A stretch of DNA of 64,000 bases from the sequence record MF327005; one strand, 5' to 3'. The first letter of the stretch is position 1. Every line of letters starts with the position of its first letter. The notes beneath the pieces are model-generated. The model did not search any database. It had not been told where the DNA came from and saw only the letters and a program-made list of their open reading frames with translations. The stretch is from Shigella phage Sf19. The position numbers and the translations under genes were made by a program. Positions 16,479 to 24,963 of the stretch are shown here, piece after piece.

Positions 16479-16549
16479 CTCGCTTAGTTTATATGGTAAA
16501 GCCCCATCCTTACAAGTTGGTGAAGAAGGTTCAAGTCCTTCAGCGAGTA
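16478..16549 (+). tRNA. tRNA-Val (anticodon TAC)
   Basis: acceptor gctcgct/agcgagt, loop cttacaa, T-arm gaagg-ttcaagt-ccttc, CCA encoded. Confidence 0.7.
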
Positions 16550-16553
16550 CCAA

Positions 16554-16628
16554 GTTCCAGTATCCCAATTGGCAGAGGATGCAAGCTCAAACCTTGTATT
16601 AGTGACGGTTCGAATCCGTCTTGGAACA
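16554..16628 (+). tRNA. short (type-I-like) tRNA with Leu anticodon CAA
   Basis: acceptor gttccag/ttggaac, anticodon arm gcaag-ctcaaac-cttgt, A73, 75 nt. Confidence 0.6.
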
Positions 16629-16647
16629 CCAATTTTAGGAGATTCCT

Positions 16648-16860
16648 ATGAAGCCTTATGGTAGACATGGTAAAGTTGAAATTGCAAGTTGTGGCTGCTG
16701 TGCAGCACATGATGGTGAAGAAGATTATTACAAATGGCGTACAGACCATCGTAAACGCTTTCTCAGAAGAGATAAGAAGAGAGCTAGACAGGAATCTCAA
16801 AAGGATATTGCAGAATTAGTTCAAATGGATAGAGCAGCAACCTACGAAGTTGTTAGTTAG
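16648..16860 (+). CDS. small Cys-rich ORF whose 3' third overlaps tRNA-Arg
   Basis: 70 aa; strong AGGAG RBS 6 nt upstream of ATG; overlap with tRNA makes it doubtful. Confidence 0.25.
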   Translation: MKPYGRHGKVEIASCGCCAAHDGEEDYYKWRTDHRKRFLRRDKKRARQESQKDIAELVQMDRAATYEVVS

Positions 16861-16883
16861 GGGTTCGAATCCTCTATTCTGCA
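16810..16883 (+). tRNA. tRNA-Arg (anticodon ACG)
   Basis: acceptor gcagaat/attctgc, D-stem gttc/gagc, anticodon arm gcaac-ctacgaa-gttgt, CCA encoded. Confidence 0.75.
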
Positions 16884-16904
16884 CCAAATTTAATAGGTAA
16901 CATT

Positions 16905-17132
16905 ATGTATAAACTCATAGTTGAAAAACATAAAGATGACCACAAGATTGAAACAGGTAGATTTGGAGATACTTTCTTTATAGCGGTTGGTTGGCAATGT
17001 GACCCGTTAGAAGTTAGAAAGATTGTTTATAACTTTGCTGGATTAGAACTTAAGCAAGCTATCTTCGAAACATCACTACCTGAAAATAAGGATACTTGCA
17101 ATAACGCATATATTCTTTCAAGAGTTCGTTAG
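16905..17132 (+). CDS. hypothetical small protein between tRNAs
   Basis: 75 aa ORF; stop overlaps first nt of tRNA-Gln. Confidence 0.3.
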   Translation: MYKLIVEKHKDDHKIETGRFGDTFFIAVGWQCDPLEVRKIVYNFAGLELKQAIFETSLPENKDTCNNAYILSRVR

Positions 17133-17203
17133 GGGATTAGTTTACAAGGTTAAAACCTCGGTCTTTGAAATCGAAGAAGATGGTTCAATTCCATCATCCC
17201 CCG
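17131..17203 (+). tRNA. tRNA-Gln (anticodon TTG)
   Basis: loop ctttgaa; unpaired 1:72 (A:C) and G73 as expected for Gln identity; CCA encoded. Confidence 0.7.
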
Positions 17204-17208
17204 CCAAT

Positions 17209-17284
17209 GCTCCATTACTCCAATTGGCAGAGAGGCCAGATTTAAAATCTGTGTTATGTATCGGTTCGAATCCGATATGGAGTA
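17209..17284 (+). tRNA. short (type-I-like) tRNA with Leu anticodon TAA
   Basis: acceptor gctccat/atggagt, loop tttaaaa, T-arm atcgg-ttcgaat-ccgat, A73; D-arm paralogous to 15977 and 16554 tRNAs. Confidence 0.6.
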
Positions 17285-17293
17285 CCAAATATT

Positions 17294-17366
17294 AGCAGTA
17301 TAGCATAACTGGCAATGCTCCAGCCTCTGAAGCTGAAAGATTAAGGTTCAAATCCTTATACTGCTG
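17294..17366 (+). tRNA. tRNA-Gln (anticodon CTG)
   Basis: perfect acceptor agcagta/tactgct, loop ctctgaa, T-arm ttaaggttcaaatcctta, G73, CCA. Confidence 0.7.
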
Positions 17367-17372
17367 CCACTT

Positions 17373-17397
17373 CTAAGGGTTCTTACGAGAGTCCTTA
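17373..17397 (+). ncRNA. conserved hairpin with loop TTCTTACGAG (copy 2)
   Basis: taaggGTTCTTACGAGagtcctta; stem covaries with copy at 13796. Confidence 0.45.
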
Positions 17398-17400
17398 AAT

Positions 17401-17474
17401 GTGGCCTTATCATAAATGGATAATGACCCATGCTGTGAACATGGTCTATACGGGTTCGATTCCCGTAGGTCACC
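17401..17474 (+). tRNA. tRNA-His (anticodon GTG)
   Basis: D-stem tcat/atga, anticodon arm ccatg-ctgtgaa-catgg, C73 discriminator, CCA encoded. Confidence 0.8.
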
Positions 17475-17484
17475 CCAATTTAAT

Positions 17485-17557
17485 AGCTCAATTAGCTTAT
17501 ATGGTTAAAGCGCGTGTCTGAAAAACATGAGAACAGGGTTCAAATCCCGATGGGCTA
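17485..17557 (+). tRNA. tRNA-Phe (anticodon GAA), slightly irregular acceptor/D junction
   Basis: anticodon arm cgtgt-ctgaaaa-acatg, D-stem gctt/aagc, CCA encoded; one extra nt near positions 8-9. Confidence 0.55.
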
Positions 17558-17576
17558 CCAACTTTATAGGTGCATA

Positions 17577-18311
17577 ATGAAAGAGATGACAGAACAAAGT
17601 AAAGAGATTTTTAATCTCCTTAAAACTGGTAATGGTTTCTCAAACCCTCTTATTACTGGTGCAGCAGTTCTTGGTGGTACTATAGCTGCCTCTCAATCAT
17701 TAGTTAACTCAATTAGTTCTGTAACAGACCCAGCTACACAACAGATTTTAGTTGCTGCTGGACTGACAACAGCCTTATTAGGAAGCTTCACAACAAGCCT
17801 TGGAAGTACAACTTCAACGACAAGTACACTTACTGAGTATGGACAAAAGTCTGTAGATGAGTTTTCACAACGTATGCAAGTAGCCAAAGGTTACTCTAAC
17901 GTTATGGGAGCAGCAGGTGAACAGGTTGGATGTACACCATTTAGCGGTATCATGGGCGTAGCTACCGAGTACGGTAATAAAGCGATGGATTTGATTAATA
18001 CCTCCATAGACGCTGTAAATGGCGTTCTAAGCGATTTGCAAGATGCAATCGACCAAGGACTAGATACAATCTCTGAACTCGCTACACAGGCCGTTACAGC
18101 GATTAATGAGGGTATTGCAAAGATTACTGCATATGCTAATGAAGTAACTCAGATGATTGCAGATGAAGCAGCACTGATTGCAGAATACCTGAAAACAAAT
18201 ATTAATGGTTTCCTTGCGAATGTTCTACCAAGCTGGTTTGATGATTCATGTAAAACTGGTGTGATTGATACTATCGCAACTCCAGAGATGAAAGAAGCTC
18301 TGAACAAATAA
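17577..18311 (+). CDS. hypothetical protein (Ser/Thr/Ala-rich; one N-terminal hydrophobic segment)
   Basis: 244 aa from internal ATG with AGGTG RBS; track start 17514 lies inside tRNA-Phe. Confidence 0.5.
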   Translation: MKEMTEQSKEIFNLLKTGNGFSNPLITGAAVLGGTIAASQSLVNSISSVTDPATQQILVAAGLTTALLGSFTTSLGSTTSTTSTLTEYGQKSVDEFSQRMQVAKGYSNVMGAAGEQVGCTPFSGIMGVATEYGNKAMDLINTSIDAVNGVLSDLQDAIDQGLDTISELATQAVTAINEGIAKITAYANEVTQMIADEAALIAEYLKTNINGFLANVLPSWFDDSCKTGVIDTIATPEMKEALNK

Positions 18312-18312
18312 T

Positions 18313-18402
18313 GGAAGATTAACCCTAAAAGGTAAGGGAGCAGTTTGCTAAACTGCCAGTAACCGAGAAATCGGCGTACCAGTTCAAGTCTGGTATCTTC
18401 CT
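18313..18402 (+). tRNA. tRNA-Ser (anticodon GCT), long variable arm
   Basis: perfect acceptor ggaagat/atcttcc, anticodon arm gcagt-ttgctaa-actgc, 90 nt, CCA encoded. Confidence 0.8.
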
Positions 18403-18411
18403 CCAAATTAT

Positions 18412-18484
18412 GTGTCGGTGTCAGAAATGGTTATGTGCCTGTCTGCAAAACAGGTTTATGAGGGTTCGAGTCCCTTCCGATACT
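18412..18484 (+). tRNA. tRNA-Cys (anticodon GCA)
   Basis: anticodon arm cctgt-ctgcaaa-acagg, T-arm gaggg-ttcgagt-ccctt, CCA encoded. Confidence 0.8.
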
Positions 18485-18509
18485 CCAATTTATATTAATA
18501 TCTCTCTCA

Positions 18510-18569
18510 AAGTTATTATGCCCTGCTATGAGTATTCTCCCTTTCGCTACCGGAGAGTATTTTTAGACA
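18510..18569 (+). terminator. compound rho-independent terminator closing tRNA cluster
   Basis: gccctg...cagggc outer stem with inner hairpin, then tttttt. Confidence 0.6.
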
Positions 18570-18644
18570 GGGCTTTTTTATAGAGTTATACTTTATGGGA
18601 AGACCTATACAGTATGTCTCTGGCATACATTGTGGTTTCTCCTT

Positions 18645-18668
18645 GACGGTCTCTGCACCGTCTTTTTT
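18645..18668 (+). terminator. rho-independent terminator
   Basis: gacggt-ctctgc-accgtc followed by tttttt. Confidence 0.55.
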
Positions 18669-18706
18669 CAGGAGAATCACTATAACTTTAATTTTGGAGA
18701 AATACA

Positions 18707-18913
18707 ATGAACGAGACTAATGTTTACAAAGAACTATATGAAACTCAGAAACAGGCTCAGATGCTTCAAGCAACTGTAATGGCTGTGGCTGAACGTTTAA
18801 TTGTTGCAACTGGTATTAACCCACAAGAAGCAACGATGGATAAACTTCTTAATTTAGTAGATGAAAAGTTTGGTGTAGAACCTAAACAGGAATCTGAAGA
18901 AGTTTCTGAATAA
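18707..18913 (+). CDS. hypothetical small protein upstream of terminase (possible small terminase subunit, unproven)
   Basis: 68 aa ORF with GGAG RBS; position only. Confidence 0.4.
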   Translation: MNETNVYKELYETQKQAQMLQATVMAVAERLIVATGINPQEATMDKLLNLVDEKFGVEPKQESEEVSE

Positions 18914-18919
18914 TTCTAT

Positions 18920-20536
18920 TTGCAGAGGTGCTTAATGGACTTAAATGTTATTAAGCAGAAGCGAGTGGAAGATGTAAGGAAAGTCCTAGCAGGTGAGTTG
19001 GGGCTTTCTGAAGAAGTAAAAGATATTATCAAATCCTTTGGTAAAGACCCCTCTAAATTCCTTCCAACTCAAATTCTGACTTTATTAAGATACACCCCAG
19101 ACCAAGTAAGGCTCATCTTTAAATTGATGACTGACAAGAACTATGTAGCTCCACAGCCTGGCTCTCAAGAGGTATTCTTGAACACTAATGCTGACTTGGT
19201 ACTATATGGTGGTGCTGCTGGTGCTGGTAAGACTGCTGCCCTATTAATGGACTCACTAAGGTTTATTGAAGACCCAAACTATAATGCTGTTTATTTCCGT
19301 CGAAATACAACACAGTTACAAGGTGGTCTATGGCCTGCGGCTAAGAAGTTATTTGGTAAGTTTGGTGGAGTTCCACATGAACAGAAAATGACTATCACTT
19401 TCCCTTCTGGAGCAACTATCAAGTTTACTTATTTGGAACTTGAGAAACACTCAGAAGGTCACCAAGGTATCGAATACTCAGCTATTTATTTCGACGAAGG
19501 TACACACTTCTCGGCTTCACAGATTTCATATCTTCAGACACGTTTACGTTCTGGTGCTGAAGGTGACTCATATATGAAAATCTCAATGAACCCAGATAGA
19601 GACCACTTTATTTATGATTGGGTAGAACCTTTCCTAGATGATGCTGGATATCCAGACCCAGAGAAGTGCGGCAGGATTCGTTGGTATGTTATGAATGATG
19701 GTGTCATGGTTTCTGATTGGGATAGAGACAAAATTCTTGAAATGTTCCCTCTTGAGATTCCTCAAACATATACCTTTATTTCCGGTACAATCGATGACAA
19801 CCCTATTCTAGATTTCCTTGAACCTAAGTATCGTGGTAAATTAGAAAACAACACACCAGTTAACGTTGCACGTTTACGTTTTGGTAACTGGAAAGCTCGT
19901 GCTGAAGGTTCAAACTACTGGCAAAGACAATGGTGTGAAATTGTTGATAGTGTTCCAGCAGACGTATTTGACGTGAGAGCATGGGACTTAGCAGCAACAT
20001 TACCTTCTGAGGTTAACCCTAACCCTGACTGGACAGCAGGTGTTAAAATGGGTAAATCTAAAAAAGATGGTTGCTATTATGTGATTAACGTAGTAAGATT
20101 TAGAGATAGACCTTCTGGAGTTGAAACACAAATTAACCAAACTGCTGAAGGTGATGGTAAGCGCACAGGTATTTTTATCCCTCAAGACCCCGGCGCTGCT
20201 GGTAAATCCTACGCAACCTCCCTTATTAGAAAACTTGCTGAGAAAGGTTTCCGAGCAAGAGCTAAACCAACAAATAAAGATAAAGTCACCCGTTTTGCGG
20301 GTTTCTCTGCTGCTTCTGAAGCAGGACTTGTCAAAATTGTTAGAGGCTCTTGGAATGAAGCATATTTCCAAGAACTAGAAGGTTTTTGTGGTGATGGTCG
20401 TACTAAGGATGACCAAGTGGATGCTACCAGTGATGCTTTCAACAGTCTAAACGAAGTTAAACTATTCAAGCCACCTTCAATGGGTGCTCATACAGATATT
20501 ATGAAGAGTAATCCATATCAGGGGCTAAGACGATAA
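18920..20536 (+). CDS. terL: terminase large subunit
   Basis: 538 aa; Walker A LYGGAAGAGKT; acidic nuclease-domain residues downstream; followed by portal-sized gene. Confidence 0.9.
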   Translation: MQRCLMDLNVIKQKRVEDVRKVLAGELGLSEEVKDIIKSFGKDPSKFLPTQILTLLRYTPDQVRLIFKLMTDKNYVAPQPGSQEVFLNTNADLVLYGGAAGAGKTAALLMDSLRFIEDPNYNAVYFRRNTTQLQGGLWPAAKKLFGKFGGVPHEQKMTITFPSGATIKFTYLELEKHSEGHQGIEYSAIYFDEGTHFSASQISYLQTRLRSGAEGDSYMKISMNPDRDHFIYDWVEPFLDDAGYPDPEKCGRIRWYVMNDGVMVSDWDRDKILEMFPLEIPQTYTFISGTIDDNPILDFLEPKYRGKLENNTPVNVARLRFGNWKARAEGSNYWQRQWCEIVDSVPADVFDVRAWDLAATLPSEVNPNPDWTAGVKMGKSKKDGCYYVINVVRFRDRPSGVETQINQTAEGDGKRTGIFIPQDPGAAGKSYATSLIRKLAEKGFRARAKPTNKDKVTRFAGFSAASEAGLVKIVRGSWNEAYFQELEGFCGDGRTKDDQVDATSDAFNSLNEVKLFKPPSMGAHTDIMKSNPYQGLRR

Positions 20537-20548
20537 TAGGTAGAAAGA

Positions 20549-22015
20549 ATGGCAGATATCACAGAAACACAAGAAAGCCTTCCTCCATTCAGAATGGGTG
20601 AGGTTGGGAGTCTTGGCCTTAAAGTTCGCTCAGGAAGAATCTATGAAGAACCTAGACAGGCTTTAAGATTCCCAGAAAGTATTAAGACTTTCCAACTTAT
20701 GATGAGAGACCCTTCAGTAGCAGCCTCTGTAAATATTATTAAGATGTTTGTCAGAAAGGTTAACTGGAGATTCGTACCACCGAAGGGAAAAGAGAAAGAT
20801 GCCAAGATGATTGAAAGGGCTAATTTCTTTAACTCACTAATGAATGACATGGAGCACGATTGGGCTGACTTTATTAACTCTGTAATGTCATTCTGTACTT
20901 ACGGTTTCTGTGTAAACGAGAAAGTTTATAAGAAACGTCAAGGTAAGAAAGGTAAGTACCCTTCAAAATATAATGATGGTTTAATTGGTTGGGCTAAATT
21001 ACCAATCCGTAATCAGACTACATTAGATAAATGGTACTTTGACTCTGACTATAGAAAAGTCATTGGTGTTAGACAGAACCTGCGTAATGTTTCCCATATT
21101 GCAGGAGCAATTAATCTTGGTGAACAACCATTGACAAGAAAGCTTCCTAGAAGTAAATTCTTATTGTTCAAGTATGACGATGAATATGGTAACCCAGAGG
21201 GACGTTCACCATTGCTTAATGCTTATGTTCCTTGGAAATACAAAGTTCAAATTGAAGAGTTTGAAGCAGTTGGTGTTTCCAGAGACTTGGTAGGTATGCC
21301 AAAGATTGGTCTTCCACCTGATTACTTAGGTGAAGATGCAGAACCTGAAAAGAAAGCTTTTGTTAAATACTGCCAAGAAGTAGTAAATGATTTAATTGCT
21401 AATGACAGAGCAGGTTTAATTTGGCCTAGATTTATCGACCCAGAAACTAAAGAAGATATCTTTGAGTTCTCATTAGTTTCTCGACAGGGTGCTAAAGCTT
21501 ATGATACAGGTTCTATCATTGATAGATACTCTAAGCAGATTATGATGGCGTTTATGTCTGATGTTCTTGCTATGGGACAGTCAAAATATGGCTCGTTCTC
21601 TCTGGCAGATTCTAAGACAAGCTTACTGGCAATGTCAGTTGATATTCTGCTGAAGCAAGTGAAGAATGTAATTAACCGTGATTTGGTTGCTCAGACTTAT
21701 GCACTAAATATGTGGGATGATGAAGAACACGTAGAAATTGTGTACGATGATATTGAGACACCAGACCTTGAAGCTATTGCATCATTCATTCAGAAAACAG
21801 TTGCAGTTGGTGCTCTGGAAGTTGACAAGCCATTGTCTGACAAGCTTAGAGAATATCTTGACCTTGAACCTGCTGATGAGTCTAAACCAGTATCTGAGAA
21901 ACTATCTCCAAACACTCAAAGTCGTTCTGGTGATGGTTATCAAACTGCTGGAGAAGGGACTGCTAATACTCCTTCAGCTAAAGACCCAAGTACAGCTAAT
22001 AAGGCAAACAAATAA
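20549..22015 (+). CDS. portal protein (by position and size)
   Basis: 488 aa ORF immediately after terL, before protease. Confidence 0.7.
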   Translation: MADITETQESLPPFRMGEVGSLGLKVRSGRIYEEPRQALRFPESIKTFQLMMRDPSVAASVNIIKMFVRKVNWRFVPPKGKEKDAKMIERANFFNSLMNDMEHDWADFINSVMSFCTYGFCVNEKVYKKRQGKKGKYPSKYNDGLIGWAKLPIRNQTTLDKWYFDSDYRKVIGVRQNLRNVSHIAGAINLGEQPLTRKLPRSKFLLFKYDDEYGNPEGRSPLLNAYVPWKYKVQIEEFEAVGVSRDLVGMPKIGLPPDYLGEDAEPEKKAFVKYCQEVVNDLIANDRAGLIWPRFIDPETKEDIFEFSLVSRQGAKAYDTGSIIDRYSKQIMMAFMSDVLAMGQSKYGSFSLADSKTSLLAMSVDILLKQVKNVINRDLVAQTYALNMWDDEEHVEIVYDDIETPDLEAIASFIQKTVAVGALEVDKPLSDKLREYLDLEPADESKPVSEKLSPNTQSRSGDGYQTAGEGTANTPSAKDPSTANKANK

Positions 22016-22515
22016 TGGCAGAAGTTATCTCTATTTCCAATGCTACGCGAGTGCATTCTTATAGAGGTGTCTTAATTATCACTGATGAATCAACTGTAGA
22101 GGCTGGCTCAAGGGTCAGCCTTTCAGGGTATGTTAGTGATGGTGGAACCTCTGACGTTTTCACTATTTGCAGGTTACTTGATGCTCCAATGAGCGGAAAA
22201 CAGTTTATTTCAAACAATTGTAACGAAATTGTTAAAATTCCATTTGACAGTTCATGCCTTTTGGGTGTAAAGTTATATAACTGTGAGAATAAACGTGTTA
22301 ACGTTAATAGTGTTGAAGCTGCATTCATTACCATTGATACAGCATTTCAATCTCCAATGACAGTAAATAAAGAGTCTAACAGACTTGAGTACATTTTTTC
22401 ACAAAATGATTACAAAGTACTTGTCAAAGGTAAAGTTTATGATATGATTGTAAATGTGGTAGATGAATCTGGTAACCATTCAACAATCCTTAAACAAAAA
22501 GTAAGGTTTAATTAA
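22015..22515 (+). CDS. hypothetical head-region protein
   Basis: 166 aa; last 68 bp are part of the 337 bp tandem duplication. Confidence 0.55.
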   Translation: MAEVISISNATRVHSYRGVLIITDESTVEAGSRVSLSGYVSDGGTSDVFTICRLLDAPMSGKQFISNNCNEIVKIPFDSSCLLGVKLYNCENKRVNVNSVEAAFITIDTAFQSPMTVNKESNRLEYIFSQNDYKVLVKGKVYDMIVNVVDESGNHSTILKQKVRFN

Positions 22516-22784
22516 TGGGAACATTAACGATTGATGGTAAGAATAAAATCCTAGCCACACTAACCCCGACAACTATTGTATTACACAATGTAGACCCAAC
22601 GGCAGACCCTACAGCAAACAAGGTTACTCAGCCAGTGGCTATCTTCTTCTCAGAACCTAATAATGGATTAATTGCCTCAGAAGACACAGTTAATATTACT
22701 GTTCCTGCTTCTGCTACAGTTTCTCATTTTAGCTTATGGGATGACAACTCTAAGTGCGTGGCAACAGGTGCTCTAAGTAGCCCT
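22448..22784 (+). repeat. 337 bp tandem direct repeat, unit 1
   Basis: Sequence 22448-22784 is identical base-for-base to 22785-23121 where compared. Confidence 0.9.
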
Positions 22785-22790
22785 TTGTAA
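22515..22790 (+). CDS. truncated duplicate copy of 22852-23184 (stops at repeat junction)
   Basis: 91 aa, identical to first 90 aa of downstream ORF; 337 is not a multiple of 3 so the junction shifts frame. Confidence 0.45.
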   Translation: MGTLTIDGKNKILATLTPTTIVLHNVDPTADPTANKVTQPVAIFFSEPNNGLIASEDTVNITVPASATVSHFSLWDDNSKCVATGALSSPL

Positions 22791-23121
22791 ATGTGGTAGA
22801 TGAATCTGGTAACCATTCAACAATCCTTAAACAAAAAGTAAGGTTTAATTAATGGGAACATTAACGATTGATGGTAAGAATAAAATCCTAGCCACACTAA
22901 CCCCGACAACTATTGTATTACACAATGTAGACCCAACGGCAGACCCTACAGCAAACAAGGTTACTCAGCCAGTGGCTATCTTCTTCTCAGAACCTAATAA
23001 TGGATTAATTGCCTCAGAAGACACAGTTAATATTACTGTTCCTGCTTCTGCTACAGTTTCTCATTTTAGCTTATGGGATGACAACTCTAAGTGCGTGGCA
23101 ACAGGTGCTCTAAGTAGCCCT
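22785..23121 (+). repeat. 337 bp tandem direct repeat, unit 2
   Basis: Identical to unit 1; carries its own RBS and ATG. Confidence 0.9.
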
Positions 23122-23184
23122 CAGTTCTTTGCTGAAGAAGGAATTTATGTTATCTCTTCAGTATCCATTGACTTAAATAAATAG
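22852..23184 (+). CDS. hypothetical head-region protein (full-length copy)
   Basis: 110 aa ORF. Confidence 0.55.
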   Translation: MGTLTIDGKNKILATLTPTTIVLHNVDPTADPTANKVTQPVAIFFSEPNNGLIASEDTVNITVPASATVSHFSLWDDNSKCVATGALSSPQFFAEEGIYVISSVSIDLNK

Positions 23185-23195
23185 GGTGAGTAAAA

Positions 23196-24542
23196 ATGAG
23201 TTCGAATATCTTCAGACTTGCTGACAGATTATTCAACCAACCTTTACTAGCTACAGAATCATTAGCCCACTCAGCAGCGACTTATGTTAATAACCGCTTG
23301 TTAGGTGAGGTACAAGCAGCAGTAAACTTCGATAAGCCAAAAGGTGAAGCAAGAAGTCTTTTAAAAGTTAAAGAAGACATTGCTATCATCCCTATTATGG
23401 GCGGCCTAACACATCGTATGACCTTCATGGATGCAATGTGTACTGGTGGACTAAGTTCTTATGAAGGTTTACGCAGAGGCTTTGACGAAGCCCTAGCAGA
23501 TGAGTCTATTAAGACTATCGTGCTGCACGTTGATTCAGGTGGTGGTGAAGCGTCAGGTTGTTTTGAGTTGGCACGTCACATCATGGCTTCAAGAGGCCAA
23601 AAGAAAATTATTGCTTATGTAGATGAGTTTGCTTGCTCTGCTGCATATGCTCTTGCATCTTCCGCTGAAGAAATTATTGCATCACCAGATGCAGATGTTG
23701 GTTCAATTGGTGTGATTATGGTTCACCAAGAATTAACTAAAGCATTTGAAAAGAATGGCGTAACTATTAACGTTATTAAAGCTGGTGAATTTAAAGGTAT
23801 GGGTTCCCCATTCCAAGCATTATCAGAAGAAAGCAAGAATAGACTTCAAAAGAGAATTGATGACACTTACAAGACTTTTACTAGTTTTGTTGCAGACTCA
23901 CGTAATATCTCTGAAGAAGCTGTAAAGAATACTGAGGCGAATGTTTATTCTGCTCAGGAAGCTCTTGAACTTGGTTTAATTAACTCTATCATGTCTCAAG
24001 ATGATTTCTTAAATTACTTACAAGGTTCTGAAGAAGCTCCTGTAAGTTTAAACACAAACAATTCAGGTGAAGAAATGACTGAACAAGAAAAGCAAGAACT
24101 AGAAGCTCTGCGTCTTCAGGTTGCTCAAATGAAAGCTAAGGAACAGGAAGCAGTTCTTACAGATTTAACTGGTAAGATTTCTGCATCTGCTGAAGCTTTT
24201 GGGTTTGATGCAAAAGAAGCTGCAACAGCTATTTTAGGTGCTGGTCTTGACAACCCTCTGAGTGTTCTGTTTATGAATGCTATGGAAGGTGCTAACCAGA
24301 AACTTAATGAAACTATCGCGTCCCACGCTTCTGCCATGTCTGAGAAGGATTCTGAAATCACTAAGCTGAAAGAAACTGCTGGTGCTGTTCTGGAACACTC
24401 AAACGCTATGGAAGAACTTGGCAATGACGGCGAAGCAGAAGTGGATGACGGTAAAGACACCGCTCCAGAAGCAAATGCTAATGCTAACGCTGACCAACGC
24501 AAACTGGCTCTCCAGAATGCTTTGAAAACTCTTATCAAATAA
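23196..24542 (+). CDS. prohead protease (S49/ClpP-like) with C-terminal scaffold-like Ala/Glu-rich coiled region
   Basis: 448 aa; VDSGGGEASG and FACSAAYALASSAEEI resemble S49 serine peptidase active-site region; C-terminus helical, low complexity. Confidence 0.7.
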   Translation: MSSNIFRLADRLFNQPLLATESLAHSAATYVNNRLLGEVQAAVNFDKPKGEARSLLKVKEDIAIIPIMGGLTHRMTFMDAMCTGGLSSYEGLRRGFDEALADESIKTIVLHVDSGGGEASGCFELARHIMASRGQKKIIAYVDEFACSAAYALASSAEEIIASPDADVGSIGVIMVHQELTKAFEKNGVTINVIKAGEFKGMGSPFQALSEESKNRLQKRIDDTYKTFTSFVADSRNISEEAVKNTEANVYSAQEALELGLINSIMSQDDFLNYLQGSEEAPVSLNTNNSGEEMTEQEKQELEALRLQVAQMKAKEQEAVLTDLTGKISASAEAFGFDAKEAATAILGAGLDNPLSVLFMNAMEGANQKLNETIASHASAMSEKDSEITKLKETAGAVLEHSNAMEELGNDGEAEVDDGKDTAPEANANANADQRKLALQNALKTLIK

Positions 24543-24554
24543 GGAACACAAATA

Positions 24555-24932
24555 ATGGCATATCAAGGTTTTACTAAATTAGGTAACAGAGAACCTCTGA
24601 ACGATATCATCCTTTGGGAACAGATTACACCAACTGGTCACTCTCGTAAAGAGTACGCTCCAGTAGCCAGCACTGAGTATCGTGTAGGTGAAGTTCTGAA
24701 AGCTGATGGTACTAAAGTTGCAGCAGGTGAAGAAGCTCAGGCTGATTCTGTATGTATCGTTAACTTCTACGCAGACCTGCAACTGTCTTATCATGGTCAG
24801 TTAAAAGTCGTTGGTATCTACCGTGACGCTGAACTGAAAGACTTGCTGAAGCTAGAGAGTGGCGTTGATGCTGCTGCTGTCAAGTCTGCTCTTAAGGCGA
24901 AAGGTATTGATTTCGTCCCAACTGGCCTGTAA
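24555..24932 (+). CDS. putative head decoration/accessory protein
   Basis: 125 aa between protease and major capsid gene; E. coli-type high-expression codons. Confidence 0.45.
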   Translation: MAYQGFTKLGNREPLNDIILWEQITPTGHSRKEYAPVASTEYRVGEVLKADGTKVAAGEEAQADSVCIVNFYADLQLSYHGQLKVVGIYRDAELKDLLKLESGVDAAAVKSALKAKGIDFVPTGL

Positions 24933-24963
24933 TTAATAATAAGACATTCTGGAGAATTTTACA

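Noticed and set aside
15001-16800. Track ORFs 15001-15240 (-), 15761-16045 (+), 16249-16476 (-), 16540-16800 (-)
   Set aside because: Each overlaps one or more confidently folded tRNAs or structured RNA elements; low-complexity translations.
17514-17576. Upstream start (17514) for gene 17577-18311
   Set aside because: The first 40 nt would lie inside tRNA-Phe; an internal ATG at 17577 with RBS gives a clean gene.
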